This document shows, in pieces, positions 27,108-44,245 of a stretch of 64,000 nucleotides of DNA. Origin of the DNA: the human T2T-CHM13v2.0 reference genome, Homo sapiens. The stretch lies in the NCBI RefSeq assembly GCF_009914755.1, contig NC_060944.1. One strand, given 5' to 3'. The notes below the pieces were generated by a model. The model was not told the DNA's origin. It was given only the letters and a program-made list of their open reading frames with translations, and did no database searches. The first letter of the stretch is position 1. The number at the start of each line of letters is the position of its first letter. A program made the translations under genes and the position numbers.

Positions 27108-27549
27108 CCTCATCTGGCCATCTATCAAGATGCAAACTAATAAAGAAAACCAGCGGGCAGGACACCCAAACATTTAACCTGAAACCTCCTCTTTTGCTAA
27201 AAATGGACTGAATGTGTCTTCCGGTTAATAATAAACTTTGCTGGGCACTGGAATAAACACCAGCCTCCTCAACTGTGGCTGCTCTCAGAAGCAGATGTGG
27301 TGTTCCCTGTCCCGAGAAGGCTCCAGAGTATTTGGATTAAGGACCTGGATAGGCAGGTCCTACTCTTAAGAATTAACATTTCCTCCCTACCCTCAAATGT
27401 AAAACTGGAAAAATTAAGAACTCTGTATTTTACATTCTCTTAAACATTCTCCGTTAAAAAAAATCTCTTCCCAGGCTGGGTGTGGTGGCTCATGCCTGTA
27501 ATCCTAGCACTTTGGGAGGCCAAGGTGGGTGGATTGCCTGAGCTCAGGA
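27108..27549 (+). repeat. Local direct duplication, copy B (runs into a full Alu)
   Basis: Near-identical to 23857-24298; offset 3251 bp. Confidence 0.95.
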
Positions 27550-27776
27550 ATTTGAGACCAGCTTGGTCAACATGGTAAAACCCCACCTCTACTAAAAATA
27601 CAAAAAAAAAAAAAAAATTTGGCAGGGCATGGTGACCGGCGCCTGTAATCCCAGCCACTCTGAAGGCTGAGGCACAAGAATTACTTGAACCTAGGACGCA
27701 GAGGTTGCAGTGAGCTGAGATTGTGCCACTTCACTCCAGCCTGGGGGAGACAGCGAAACTCTCAATCAATCAATCT
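27474..27776 (+). mobile_element. Alu
   Basis: Full dimer; tail decays into (TCAA)n. Confidence 0.9.
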
Positions 27777-28559
27777 CTTAACAAAAGAGGTACTGCTGTT
27801 CCTAAAAAGCAAATACCAATCTCTTGAGTTCAAATAGCTGATGTTAAAGCCACTCACAGGTAAACTCCCCAGATCCCCATCTCCCTTCAGCCCTTATAAA
27901 CAGCTACAAAGTTTACTATGTGCTCTTTAAAAAATACTATTCCTCATAAAATTTCTCAAAAAAAAAAAAATGACGAAGCACAGCTCGTTCTTTTGAGGAA
28001 TGCTCAACAAGCATCCAGGAAATGCTTATGGCCTAAGATTCTCTATGCTCTTTATTAATTTCCAAAGTCAAAGAGCCACTCTGCTGAGCCGGCCTGGAGG
28101 TCAAAGTGGGGTCAGGTCAGGGGCACCTGCCGCCAGGGCAAGGACAGTCAGTCTGAGGAACTAAGCAATGCTCACAGTGTGGGACGCTCACCACTTTCAC
28201 TGTTTTAAGCTAAGAAGTGGCCGTTTCTAGGTTTTTTTAAAACCAAAAAATGTATCAACCCAGGACTTGGTCTGACTCTGCTGCCATAAAAGCTACTGCC
28301 ATCCTAAGAAATCAGTATGTTTCTAAATTTATAGCTGGACAGCAATCTTGCAAAATGCTAACTCTACTTCACTTTCTCAACACTCAACTTGTTTATGACC
28401 TTTACAGCAATGGGGCCAAACTCTAAATGATAAAGAAAAGGTGGGTCTGTTCTTCGAAGTCCTGAGAGAACCTTGAGAAAACCGCCCGGGGGCTCTACCA
28501 GCACAGGCGCACAACCCTCTCCTCGGCACACTACTTTGTTCTTAAAACTGCACTGACTC

Positions 28560-28920
<361 letters not shown>

Positions 28921-29097
28921 TCAGCCTCAAGACACCTAAGACTCCAATCCTGGATGAGCCACTAGCCCAGCCTGTTAAGCACAAGGCCTAGAGCACCTTC
29001 GCAGGCAGGGAGAGCCAGCAGCGAAGTCCAGTCTGGGGACCTCCTCAAGGACCACTTCCATTTCTCTACACTGCCCAATAAGCTTAAAAGATATTTG

Positions 29098-29686
29098 ACG
29101 CCGGGCACAGTGGCTCATTCCTATAATCCCAGCACTTTGTGAAGCCAAGGTGGGAAGACTGAGCCCAGGAGTTCAAGACCAGCCTGGGCAACATAGCAAG
29201 ACACTGATTCTACAAAAAAATACAAAAATTAGCCAGGCGTGGTGGTGCACGCCTGTAGCTACTCAGGAGGCTGAGGCAGGAAGACCGCTTGAGCCCAGGA
29301 GGTCAAGGCTACAACAAGCTGTGATTAAGTCACTGCACTCCAGCCCGGCAGACGGAGAAAGACCTGTCTCAAAAACAAAAACAAAAAGCTATTTGAGGCG
29401 GGGCACGGTGGCTCACACCTGTAATCCCAGCACTTTGGGAGGCTGAGGTGGGCAGATCACTTGAGGTCAAGAGATCGAGACCAGCCTGGCCAACATGGTG
29501 AAACCCTATCTCTACTAAAAATACAAAATTTAGCTGGGTGCAGTGGTGGGCGCCTATGATCCCAGCTACTTGGGAGGCTGAGGCAGGAAAATGGCCTGAA
29601 CCTCGGAGGTTGAGGTTGCAGTGAGCCAAAATTGCACTACTGCACTCCAGCCTGGCTGACGGTGAGATTGGCTCAAAAAAAAAAAA
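29098..29686 (+). mobile_element. Two tandem Alus (AluJ-like ~29098-29386; AluS-like ~29397-29686)
   Basis: Alu consensus; AAAAGCTATTTGA flanks the second element. Confidence 0.9.
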
Positions 29687-30202
29687 GCTATTTGAAATTC
29701 CACCAAACATTAACAAACCAGGTTCTCATTTGTCACTTTCAATAAAATGAATTAATGTTAACACTGACCCATATGGGCCCAGAGTTCTCCAGCTTGGCTA
29801 ACAGTTTAGGGGAGGGTTACCAAGTTCCTTCCAATGATGCTCCACCAGCGGCTCTGTTGGACTCGCCTTGGAGCACCCAGTGGTTTGAGGAACACTTGGA
29901 TCTTGCCTGCAGGCAGATGCCCACAGACCCTGCAGGCCGCTTACCAAGATGCTTAACCCATAACCCGACACACAAAAGCAGTTATCTAGATCAAGTTTTT
30001 ATAATGCAAGTTGTAGGACACTAGAGTTTTAAAAACACCAACCAGGTCAGGAGTCCGCACACTTTATGAAAACCCAAGTATTACGGTATTTAAGAAGAAA
30101 AACTGTGCGCGCACACACACACAGCCAGCTTCCAGTTTAGCCAGCTAAGGACCTAAAGCTTCATTAGCAATTATCCCTGCAAATTTAGCAATTCAGTATT
30201 CA

Positions 30203-30400
<198 letters not shown>

Positions 30401-31604
30401 CTAATTCAGAATTCAGTAACTGGAAATAAATGACATCCACTTCTTTTCTCACAAAAGAGAGGGACTGATACTTTTCCAAAGTTCTACAAGCCCCAAGTTG
30501 TTCAGGACTTGCATAATGTAAGACTGCAGACAGTGCAGGCGGCTCTACTCTATACATCCCTATATATGCCATGTACACGCCTTTCTGCCCAAAATACATT
30601 AGGACACTTGGTGCTCACAGGTGAATAATTCCTTTAACATAGAGAACTGAAAAAAACACTGAAAACCCATCTATTATCAACTGACATTTCAGGAAGGGAT
30701 ATTTTTTAAAAAGCAGGAGAGAATCTCAGGATGAACTCTCTCGAATAAAGGAAGCATTATGAAGTATGTCAGCATCATCATTTTCCCATTGCTGGTGCCA
30801 GTTTACGGGCATCTGAGCCCTTCTGAAGAGCAAACACACTCAATCCCGTCAGACATCACATGACAGCACAGACTCAGGAGTTTGGCTACAAGTATCCCAG
30901 GAAATCAGGACTGTCTCAAAAAGGCCCAGTCAATGAATTTTTGATATAGGATCCATATTTGTCATTATAAAATGTCTGGATTCCAAACCTACCCCACCAC
31001 CACCATTTTCTTTACGACCTAGATGGAGTGAGTTTGTTTCCAAAAACTGCAGGATACTGGGTTTTTAAAAGAAAAATAAAGCAACGACCTCCAGATCAAA
31101 GACCAGAGATTCCCAACTACTGAGGGACAGTGCCCTGGGAAGCAAGGGCCCTTGGCCAGGTGGGGTCTCGATGCCCTACGTGCCCACCGCAGTGCTTCGT
31201 GAATATCACCTAAGTGTTCCTCATGGACAGAGGCTGGGAAGCACTGTTCCAGAAAGTATCACAATTCAAAAAGGAGAGGAGAAAGTTACCCTCAAATTCT
31301 TTGTAACAGAAAAACAGAATGTGTACACTGTGGTCCCAATTATTCAATTATAATTGGAAAGTGATCAAAGTCGTTCGGTGACATCTACCCAAATACCATC
31401 ACTGGTTACTAGCAGTACTCTCCGCAGGGAAAGCCCACGAGGCTGCCAGGACCTGGGCCCGCCCACCTGCGGCCAACTGGGAGCTGCCTGTCACGAGACT
31501 CAGCTCGGCGGACCTGCCGCATCTGCTCACCACCGGGCCACCTGGTCTAAGTACGGCACCAAGGACACATCTGCATGGCAGTTGCCTGCAACACCCAGCC
31601 TCAC

Positions 31605-33125
31605 CTTGCGCACCACCTCCTCCTCCTCCTGGCGCTTCTCGTAGTGAGCAAAGTCGTCGAAGATGGAGGTTGTGTGCTTGTAGGAACTGATAATTTTCAG
31701 CACTTGCTTGGCTTTTTCTAAGGGCACCTCCTGGGTGTCCCGGGAGTTTGTGACCGGTTTGTTGTCGTTATTCTCCAGCCTGATGTGCCGGAGCTGGTTA
31801 TTGGGTACATCCTTAACAAAAATCCACTGGACATCAAACTTCCCCTTCCACTTGTCCTGAGACCAGACCCCGGCACTGGTGCCGTAGTCCACGGGGGACT
31901 TCATCTCGGCCACCCCACAAAAATGCCCACTCCCATTGACGCTGAAGAGCAGGTAGACGGGCCCCTTGCTGCTCATGCAGCGGAAGGCGCTGTCCAGGCG
32001 CTTGTTGCCGTGCTCTGTGCTACACCAGATGGAGTACTTAATGGAGCGGTGGATGTCATCCTCAGAGTAGCTCTTGATGATGAACACACGCCCGCTTTTC
32101 AGATTCCACTCAAACTCTTTCGGGTTGTAGCTGTGAGCAGCCTTCAGTTTTTCAAGGACGGGGTGGGATTCGACGCTGGGGGCAGAATTAGGCTGGACGT
32201 TTCCAGGAGAGTTGCTATCGCTGCCAGCCCCTCCGCTCTGCCCAAACGCCGCGTTTCTGTTGCGTGGGGCAACCCAGCGGGTCTGGGGTGGCTGCTGAGG
32301 GCTCTGATACTGCGGTTGAGCCAAAGCTGGGGGCTGTGCTGGGAGAGGCTGAGCCACCTGCTGGGGCTGTGGGGCAGCCTGTGGAGAGGGTGCCTGCTGG
32401 GGGACTGGGGCCTTCGGCACAGGCCCCTTGTTATCCCAGGTGCCAATGTCCATGTTATGCTTTATGGGTGGAGGGGGCAGCCCACCCCCCATGACAGGCC
32501 CGCTCTTTGTTTTCATTTTAGGCTGTGGTTTTGCAGGCTTGCTGGCAATGGCAGCCCACGAGGTCGGCTTTGAAACTGGCATGTTCACATTTGTCCCACC
32601 GTTGCCAGAAAGGACACCAGTCAGTGCCACGCTGCTGACGACAGAGCCCACCGTCTTGACAGCGGAGGAGCTGACGTCCCCAATCTTCAGGCCAACCATG
32701 CCCTGCTCCAGGCTGTTCATCCCGGGGGCCTTGCTGAGGGTGTCGCTGTGAAAGCCTGGCTGCCCATCAACCACCGTGCCACCCAGGGAGCTCGGGGGGT
32801 AGGTGTAGCTGCTCCCATACGCGGAGCTCTGGGTCTGCTGACCTTGAGACCCACTTGTCCCCCATGCTGAGAACGCAGGGTTTTCAGGGAAAAAATTGAA
32901 CCTGTGCTGATAGATGTTGTTCCCCAGGCCCCCAGGCTGCCCAAAAACAGCATCGTGCATAAAATGATGGTCTCCGTTACTGAGCTGTCCGTAGGTGGTG
33001 AGGTATGGAATCGGAGGGTCCCCTGCAGTAGACCACGGAGCCTCATTGAGGGAGTAAGGAAATCCAATGGACGGCGGGTAATAGCTGGACAGGTAGGGGT
33101 CGCTCATTGAGGGGTAACTGTTACT
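31605..33125 (-). CDS. YTHDF1: YTHDF1 exon 4 (1521 nt, codons 45-551): P/Q-rich low-complexity region plus YTH domain (~32093-31689)
   Basis: Core of ORF 31527..33146. YTH motifs [51 protein letters not shown]; cage Trp411 codon at 32027-32025. AG acceptor at 33127-33126, GTGAGG donor from 31604. Confidence 0.98.
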
Positions 33126-34743
33126 CTGCAAAAGCAAACGTGACAAGTTACACCACTTCTACAACACGAGATGCTGAGAATGCCAACCGCCTCTTGCTTA
33201 AGCACAGGTGGAGCAAAAACAAAACCTGCACAGCATGGGGCTACTCCTTCCAGAAAGAAAGCTGTAGTCGCCAATGTGAGAACCAAATCAAGACAGAGAA
33301 ATTAATAACGAACACAAACCAGGGTGCCGTCTCAAAATACGAAGCATCATTGGCAAGGCTCTGAATTCAGGCTAAATGACGAAGCTATGCCTCTCTAGAA
33401 CTGGCAAGGTAGCAGCCCCCTCTACTCTTACCTGCAAAGGAATCCAGAGGTAGAGGAGTAAACCCCTGCCTGCTGACGACAACGCTTATGACAGACACGG
33501 ACGGCATCATGGGAACTGAAACAGCTTTGTAAGGCAGAGATATTTCCATTGGCAAACCAGGATGTGCAGGGCCGTGAGGCAGTTTGCTCCAGAGAACAGA
33601 CCCCAAGCTCGCTGATTACTCAGCAGGCCCTGGGCGCCCACCTCTGGGCCTTGACATTCCTCCTGGGACACTCTCCCATACCTGGACCAAAGCTCTCCCA
33701 GAATCCTTCAAGGGTGCTTCAGAGGCTCCTTCCACACACCCTTCCTAGCAGATGGCCCCTGCCTCTAAGTCCAAGGGGGTTCACATTCCCATGATTTCCT
33801 GGGCACAGCGTTGGGCTCTTGCAGTAGGCCCCTGCACAGAGGGCCCTGGCTGGCTCCAGCTCCTCAGCCAAGAGAAAGCATCCGAAGTGTGGACTCTGCG
33901 CTCCGGGTGCAGAGCAGCCCTCACTCTGGATGCCAACTCACCTGGGCTTCCTTATGAAAACATGTCTGTGTAGTGACTGGAACCTCAGAGAGTGGTTTTA
34001 AAGTGACGGAACCATGAGGCAAAAAGGTCTGCTAGAGAAGGTGAGTGCCTGAGTGCCCCATCGTAGGGGTCTCTGAAGAGCTGCCCAGGGCACAAATTTA
34101 GACTGAGGGTCAGCAGTTCTGGGACGGCATCTCCTTGGAGAGACTCAACTAAGGGTCTGGTCATGATTGGGTCCCTCCAACACTGCCTTAAAATGACTTT
34201 CGTGTGAGGTGTGTCTGTATGTGTGTGCACACACACACCTGTACACAGGCCGGTGAGACGGGGTCCAGTGTGAGGTAAGAAGGCTCCCACCTAGACGCAT
34301 CGTCTGAGAGTGCCAAGATGCTATTACAGAAAACAGAGCCGGAAGTAAAACACGGGGCTCTCCAGTCTGTGACGCCCGTTTTTGGATTTTTAGTTTTCCC
34401 GCTCCCCGCCCCCCAGTCCCCCAAGTAACCAGAAGGTTCTACATAAAGAGAATATGCTCCAGACCTCATCTCACAACCTCATCCCTGCCACATTGACCTT
34501 TCATGTTGGCATCAAAGGCTACACTATGAAGGATAACAGCACCCAGTCGGGGACACCAGGTGGGAAAGTAGCTGAGGCAATGAGGGAGACTGTGGGATCC
34601 CAGACAATGAAACAGGCCTGCTTCACTGGAGGGGTGACCACAAGCAGCTCTCCCTGGGGGCAGTGCCCCAACACCAGCCAACACTGGTGGACTAATGAAC
34701 CAATGACCCGGCCACCACTTCCTGCCTCCTGCTCCCATCCTAG

Positions 34744-35173
<430 letters not shown>

Positions 35174-36506
35174 TAAATTTGAGATTCTGGGGGTATAAGA
35201 AGACAAGTGGGATGCTATCAGTGTTCCACAAACATGAGATTAATCTGAGCTTATTCTCCCTCAAAACAGTTTCCATGATGCTGGCTCCTTTGCTGCAGCC
35301 TTTCCCTCGGGTGCTGCCCTGGCCAACAGGCCCAGACTGGGGGGGTGAGCGAATCAGGGGGGCGGTCTGTGCACAGGACTTGCTCCTCGAGTCACTGGCC
35401 GCAGGTGCCTTCAAGGACGGCAGGCAAGGGGACAGTCCCCCCCACAGGGAAGCCAGCCCTCCTCCTCCCATTAGCTGGACACGTGCTCCTCAGCAGCGCT
35501 GCAATCACAACACATCTTCCTTCCATGCAAAAAGAGCAGATGGGAAAAAAAGACCTCGATGGCTGTGTGGTATTCTAATCCACTTGGCCCCAACACCAAC
35601 CAGAGGAGTCAGGCCACAGAAACAGATGCCCAGGGACACTTCTGACTTACACCTAAAGCCTTAACTAAGACAGGACATCACTTACCACATGAAAAAATGC
35701 ACATTACATGAGGCATGTAACATTCCTGAAAATCCGTTTTAAGTATTAAATGGACACACCTAGCACACACGCTGCACAGACAGAGAGCCCATAAATGACC
35801 CATCCAGCTTCCCTCTACCCAAGGTGCAGGGCCTGCAGTTCCAGCCAGTACTCTGCAAATCCTTCAGCTCCAGATCACCACCATTCACACCCTGAGCCAC
35901 AGAAGACGGTGACGCTAATCAGCTCTGCTGGCAGCCCTAAACCCTCCTGATACTTTCTGTGCTCACCGGGTTCCACGGCCACACAGGCAGGCTGGATACA
36001 GTGACCTGGGGTCCTGTGGGCCGGATTTCCATTTTTACCTCAATCTCACTGACAGCCCATTTCCTATTACATCTGCCATCTTTCCTCCAAAACTCTGAAG
36101 GTAAAGAAGCAGGTTAATTTGTAAAGCTATGTGAAGTCAGTCATTCTGTACATAAGAAAACCTGGAGATGCTGTCCTCTGCCTTCTTTATGAGCCACATG
36201 TCAGGCTGCTGCCCCACACTCCTTCCCTGGTGAGGGAAGCTGTCCCATTCACAGTCCTGGTCACAGTGCGTGGGAGACAACTGGAAACGCACAGTTCGGG
36301 CTGCCTGGAAAACACATGCAGCCTCCTTTCAGGGCCTTTGATCTCCCTTTGTCTCCCGCACAGCCAGGCACAGGTTCAGCGCTCACTCGCTGCCAAGTGC
36401 TGGAGGCGAGCTGTGCTGCTCCCTCAACATTCCTTAGTGCCACGGCTCCATGGGCACTGAGTTATGAGTGTGAAAGTTTACTTCTCAGGGATACAGCTGC
36501 ATTAAC

Positions 36507-37362
<856 letters not shown>

Positions 37363-38209
37363 TTACTCAAATTTAACCACATTAAAAAAAAGAAACTTCC
37401 ATCCGAATGACCAGAACCATTTAAGTTGAAGTTCAATGGTTAAGTTTACTTCCTATATCCATTTTTCTGAGATGGAGTTGGAATGACCAAAAGGAGAGAC
37501 TAGAGGGAGAAGCAGAAAGGATCCCTTCAGAAGCCCAAGAGGAACAGAGAGAAGCATTTGCTTAATAAAAACAAACAAACAAAACAAAATAATTAATTAT
37601 GTAAAATGGAAAAGTATTAAGGGTACTGCTGAAAAGTGAGGGAGTGATATGGCTCCTGGGAAGCAGCTCTGACCCAGGACTGGGAACAGGCCTACCAGGA
37701 TGACCTGTTCTTCAGGAGAAGCCTTAGGGAGCACAGAGAAAATGTTAGAGGAAAATAACCGAAAAACCCTAATTTACTTACTTGGCTGCTCACTTTTCAG
37801 ATCTGTTTTCAGGACTGGTCCCTCTGAGGCTGCAATTTCAGCCCCTCAGCTGGTGGCATCAATATGCAGAGACAGCAGTTTCTGACAGAATTTCTGCATT
37901 TGTTTCAGCAACTTGCCAGTAAGAAGCACGTTAAGATCCCACTATGTCCTTCCAGCTGCGTTTCTGGGAAGCCGTTGTGATGGCAAATGCCTACTTAGCA
38001 GGCGCTGCCACTGGGTATTTTAAGGAAGCCCATATTTTTAGATGCAGCCACAAGAAACTGACACTCCCCTGCTGGCCCTCAGGTCACCCCGGGCCCACCA
38101 GAGCTGCCCAGGCACAGCAGGAAGCCCTGTGCCAAGCATCTCCAGGCTGTTCTCAAAGAAGTCCTAGATGCTCTGATGAGGCATTGTGTTCAGTGAAAAA
38201 AAACCACCC

Positions 38210-39560
38210 AAAACCTGATGAGCAATTTCGTCACTGTGTGATCAGTGTCCTCACACAAACAGAGACGTGTGAGCATGGAGGCAGTATCCTTACCACACAC
38301 TGAGGCCGTAACCTGTACAGTGTGTAACTGTACTGAATAATGGAAGTAACTGTACATCAATGATAAGTATCTGTGTGTCTAAACATTATCTAAACACAGA
38401 AAAGGTACAGTAAAAATACGGTATAAGAAATCAAGAACGGGACACCTGTACAGAGCACTTACGGTGAATGGAGCAGGTAGGCCTGAGTTGCACTGGGTGA
38501 GTCAGGGAGAGAATGTGAAGGCCTGGGCCCTCACTGGACACCACTGTCACCTTTAGAAACACCGTCCACTTAACACTACACTCAATTTTTAAATTTTCCT
38601 TTCTTCAATAATAAACCCTAGCCTACTATAGCTTTTTTACTTTACAAACTACTTTTTTAAAAGCTTTAAGGTTTTTGACTCTTTTGTAAACACAAATATA
38701 TCATATAGCTGTACAAAAATTTTTTTTGTTATATCCTTATTCCATAAGCTTTTTTCTATTAAATTTTTTTTAACTTTTTGAACTTTTTTGTTATAAATGA
38801 AGACACGGCCAGGCACAGTGGCTCATGCCTATAATCCCAGCCCTTTGGGAGGCCGAGGCAGGAGGACTGCTTCAGCCCAGGATTTCGAGAACAGCCCAGG
38901 CAACACAGTGAGACCCCATCTCTACAAAAAATCAAAAATAAGGCAGGAAGATCACTTGGGCCCAGGAGGTCAAGGCTGCAATGAGTCATGACTGCACTTC
39001 CGCCCAGGTGAGGGAGAGACCCTGCCTCAAAACAAAACAAAACAAAAAAACCAAAAACCCAAAAAGACACAAAAAACACATATTAGCCTAGGCCTACACA
39101 GGGTCTGGATCTTCCACCTCCACATCTTGCCCCACTGGAAGGTATTCAGGGGCAACAACACACATGGAGCTGTCATCTCCTGTGACACCAATTGCCTTCT
39201 TCTGGATTCCTCCTGAAGAACCTGCCTGAGGCTGCTTTACAGTTGACTTTGTTTCTAGTAAGTAGGCAGAATATGCTCTTAAAAGTATAGCAAATACACA
39301 AAGTAGTAACAGTCGTTTATCATCAATTATTACGTACTGTATGGTACTGTACGTAACTGTAGGTGTATACTCTGGTATGACTGGGGCAGTAGGTTTGGTC
39401 ACACCTACTGCAGCACCACAGACACGAGTAATACACTGCCCTCAACATGGTAGCTCCAACGTCACCAGGTGCCAGGAATTTTTCAGCACCATCATAGTCT
39501 TATGGGACCACTATCATATTGTGGTCTGTTGCTGACCAAACTGCATCCGGCAGCACAGGT
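38210..39560. mobile_element. Tigger3-like DNA transposon remnant interrupted by an Alu (~38807-39077)
   Basis: AAAAGGTACAGTAAAAATACGGTATAA and terminal TCTTATGGGACCAC...GTTGCTGACCAAA motifs recalled from Tigger3. Confidence 0.7.
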
Positions 39561-39820
39561 ACAGGCATGCCCAGATGGCCTTGGTAATTTCTGTCAGTGG
39601 GATCACAGCAAACACACTCAGTCTGTTGGTCAGGGAGTGTGCAGGAAGCCTGGGGGGCCAGCGGCATCTATTCCCAACTCAGGCATCATGCCAAGACAGT
39701 GTCTTCTAAACTCTGAGTAGGAACTGTTCTGGGTCATTTCACAGTCTTTCCTTTCAGAAAACAACAGAGAACTGGGAAACCAGAAGTCCCCGAGCAGGAA
39801 AAGCCTCAAAAGAGAGAATC

Positions 39821-41322
<1,502 letters not shown>

Positions 41323-42034
41323 TTAAGTGTACTGATGCAACCTCCCTCCCCCTTTATTGGCTAAAATTCAGTACATAATACCATTAAAGTACTAAAATAA
41401 TAAGAACACACTAGAAAACAAGAAATTCAAAAAATTAGTTAACTTCCTGCCATTACCTCTATCCAAAGGCCCATCACTAAAGTCAAGTCAGTTCTGCCCA
41501 GAGGAAGGGCAGATTCTCAGAAGGCAACCAAGAGACAAGAAACAGAAGCAGGGTCGGAGCGCGGGGCAGCGCTGCCGAGGCTCCACCTGTACAAGGTTTC
41601 TTGGTCTCTAAGCTGCTTGATTCGCCAAGTGCAGTAGGAGGGAGGGGGATGAAGGAACATTCTAAGAAGTTCTAAGACACCTCAGAAAAGGGCAGACTAG
41701 TTTTATTCCTTCACAGAGAAGAGGTGAAGCCTGGTTTTACTTTAAAGTAAACATGCCCAGTAGCTGAGGGCTACTTGGAGTGGCGGAGGAAGGAATGTGA
41801 ATCACAGCACACGAAATGGAGCACTCAGAGCATCTGCTTTGTGCTGCCCCATGAGGCCTGCTCACCAAAGTGAGGAGCTCACAGAGGTGCAGCCCCTCAT
41901 CCAAGCCAACGGCCTGGAGGTAGGAAAGTGAGGCAGGGGAAGTCTGATTCCCGAGTTGGACTCTTAGACATAAACAGATACCGCTTCTCTTGGGAGTTTT
42001 GCTGCAACAGCAGCACAGAGGAGAGAGAGCAGCT

Positions 42035-42251
42035 CCCAGTAGATTTTAACCAGGGCAACTGTATCCCCCAAAAAACATCCACCAAGACAGTTTTGCTTGC
42101 TACAACTGGGGATGGGGAGAAGGAGTTGCTAATGGCATCTAGTGGGTGGGAAGCCAGGGAGGCTGCTAAACATCCAACAATGCACAGGACAGCCCCCAAA
42201 ACAGAATGTTCCCGTGCAAAATGTCCACAGTGCCAAGGCAGAGAAAGCCTG
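42035..42251 (+). mobile_element. MER20-like hAT DNA transposon
   Basis: GGCATCTAGTGGGT...GCTGCTAAACATCC...TGCACAGGACAGCCCCC...AAAATGTC...AGTGCCAAGG motifs. Confidence 0.75.
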
Positions 42252-42289
42252 AATTACCTAAGAAAACAGGGCAGCTATGACTCACTGGG

Positions 42290-42751
<462 letters not shown>

Positions 42752-43175
42752 GGACCGAAACCCAGGCGGCCTCTGGCTCCACAGTCGCTCCACAGCCCAG
42801 CTCTTAGCTGCCTCCCCAGACCACAATTCCAATCATCCAGAGCTAAGAATAACCAGGAAGCTTCAGAAACACACACACACCTCCACTGCGTCAAAGGCAA
42901 GACACACCACTGACCCACAAACACTAGAGCCAACTAGACCTGTTTGCATCCCAGCCCCAGTGGGATGCCGCCTCCTCCACAGGGAAAATCATTTTCACCC
43001 CACTGATGCCCAAGGTTAACAGGAGTCACATCTTCATGAGCAGTCTATCATTCCTAATACTTTATAGTCTGCTGCTTTGTTGTTTAGGATAATTTAAAAA
43101 TCAGAAATGACAGTAAAGGTACAAAACAATTAAAACCAACTTAAAAACAAATATATGCTAACAAAATAAACTCAC

Positions 43176-43255
43176 CTGATTTGACTGTCCAGTAAGGTAG
43201 GGCTCAAAGTCATTGTCATGAACTGTATCCTTCTGATGTAACGAACCATTTTGTA
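43176..43255 (-). CDS. YTHDF1: YTHDF1 exon 3 ([27 protein letters not shown], 80 nt)
   Basis: AG acceptor at 43257-43256, GTGAGT donor from 43175; exons 1-3 total 132 nt (44 codons). Confidence 0.95.
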
Positions 43256-43711
43256 CTAGAACAAAAAGTTGCAAAATATTACCCTCAAATTTTAAAAGAT
43301 TACTTTTAAGCTTGGAAGGCAAAGTTAGCAAAGTCTATTTCCATCTATTTCTAGCAGAAATTATGCTTTAATTTTAAAAGGAGTACAACCAGTATAGAAC
43401 TGATGTTTATACAACTAATTAGAAGGGGGACGGGAAACTTTCAATAATTTAGGATAAATTTTAAATAAAGGCTTAATCGTAATTTGGTGAGATTAACCAA
43501 ATCAAGTGTTAACACATAATGCAAGGAACACATAACCAGGGTGAAAACTGACATGGTCTAAGAAGACTTATGTGTGGCAAAAAGAAGTGGAGCCTCCAAA
43601 AGCCCAAATGCAGAATGTATGCCCAAACGTATGGAGAACGGAGGGAAGAAAACTTAGGAGGGAAGGGGCTGCAACTGAAGGACTGTTGGGAGCTATTATC
43701 TGACTCTCCAC

Positions 43712-44245
43712 AGTGAACCCCAAATATCTGAGACAGGTCTCAGTTAATTTAGAAAATTTATTTTGCCAAGGTTAAGGACACACCCATGATACAACCTCAG
43801 GAGGTCTTGACAACATGTGCCCAAGGTAGTCGGGGGACAGCTTAGTTTTATACATTTTAGGGAGACATGAGAACCATCAATGTAAGATGTACATTGGTTT
43901 GGTCCGGAGAGGCGGGACAACTTGAAGCAGGGAGGGGGCTTCCAGGTCATAGGTAGATAAGAGACAAACGGCTGCATTCTTTCGAGTTTCTGATTAGCCT
44001 TTCCAAAGGAAGCAATCAGATAAGCATTTATCTCAGTGAGCAGGAATGACTCTGAGTTCTGTCCTTTGTCCACCAGGAATTTCCTTGTGGGCAAACTGTG
44101 GGGGAAGTATGTAACTTTTTTTGTCTTAGAAGCTATCTTTTTCAGGAATAGAATGGGAGGCAGGTTTGCCCTCAGCAGTTCTCAGCGTAGCTTTCTCCCT
44201 TTGGCTCAGTGATTTGGGTGCCCCAAGACTGGTTTTCCTTTTACA
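43712..44245. mobile_element. MER4A-like ERV1 solo LTR in YTHDF1 intron 2
   Basis: TCTGAGACAGGTCTCAGTTAATTTAGAAA..TTTATTTTGCCAAGGTT motif; 4-bp TSD CCAC at 43708-43711 and 44246-44249. Confidence 0.8.

Noticed and set aside
31527-31604. C-terminal extension VRLGVAGN... and N-terminal MSRLLLQ of the 539-aa ORF
   Set aside because: Intronic read-through beyond clear splice sites; no nearby poly(A) signal seen.
31986-31995. GGCGCTGTCC RE1 half-site in exon 4
   Set aside because: The other half-site is absent; explained by coding sequence.
31785-32573. 262-aa antisense ORF
   Set aside because: Shadow of YTHDF1 codon usage on the opposite strand.
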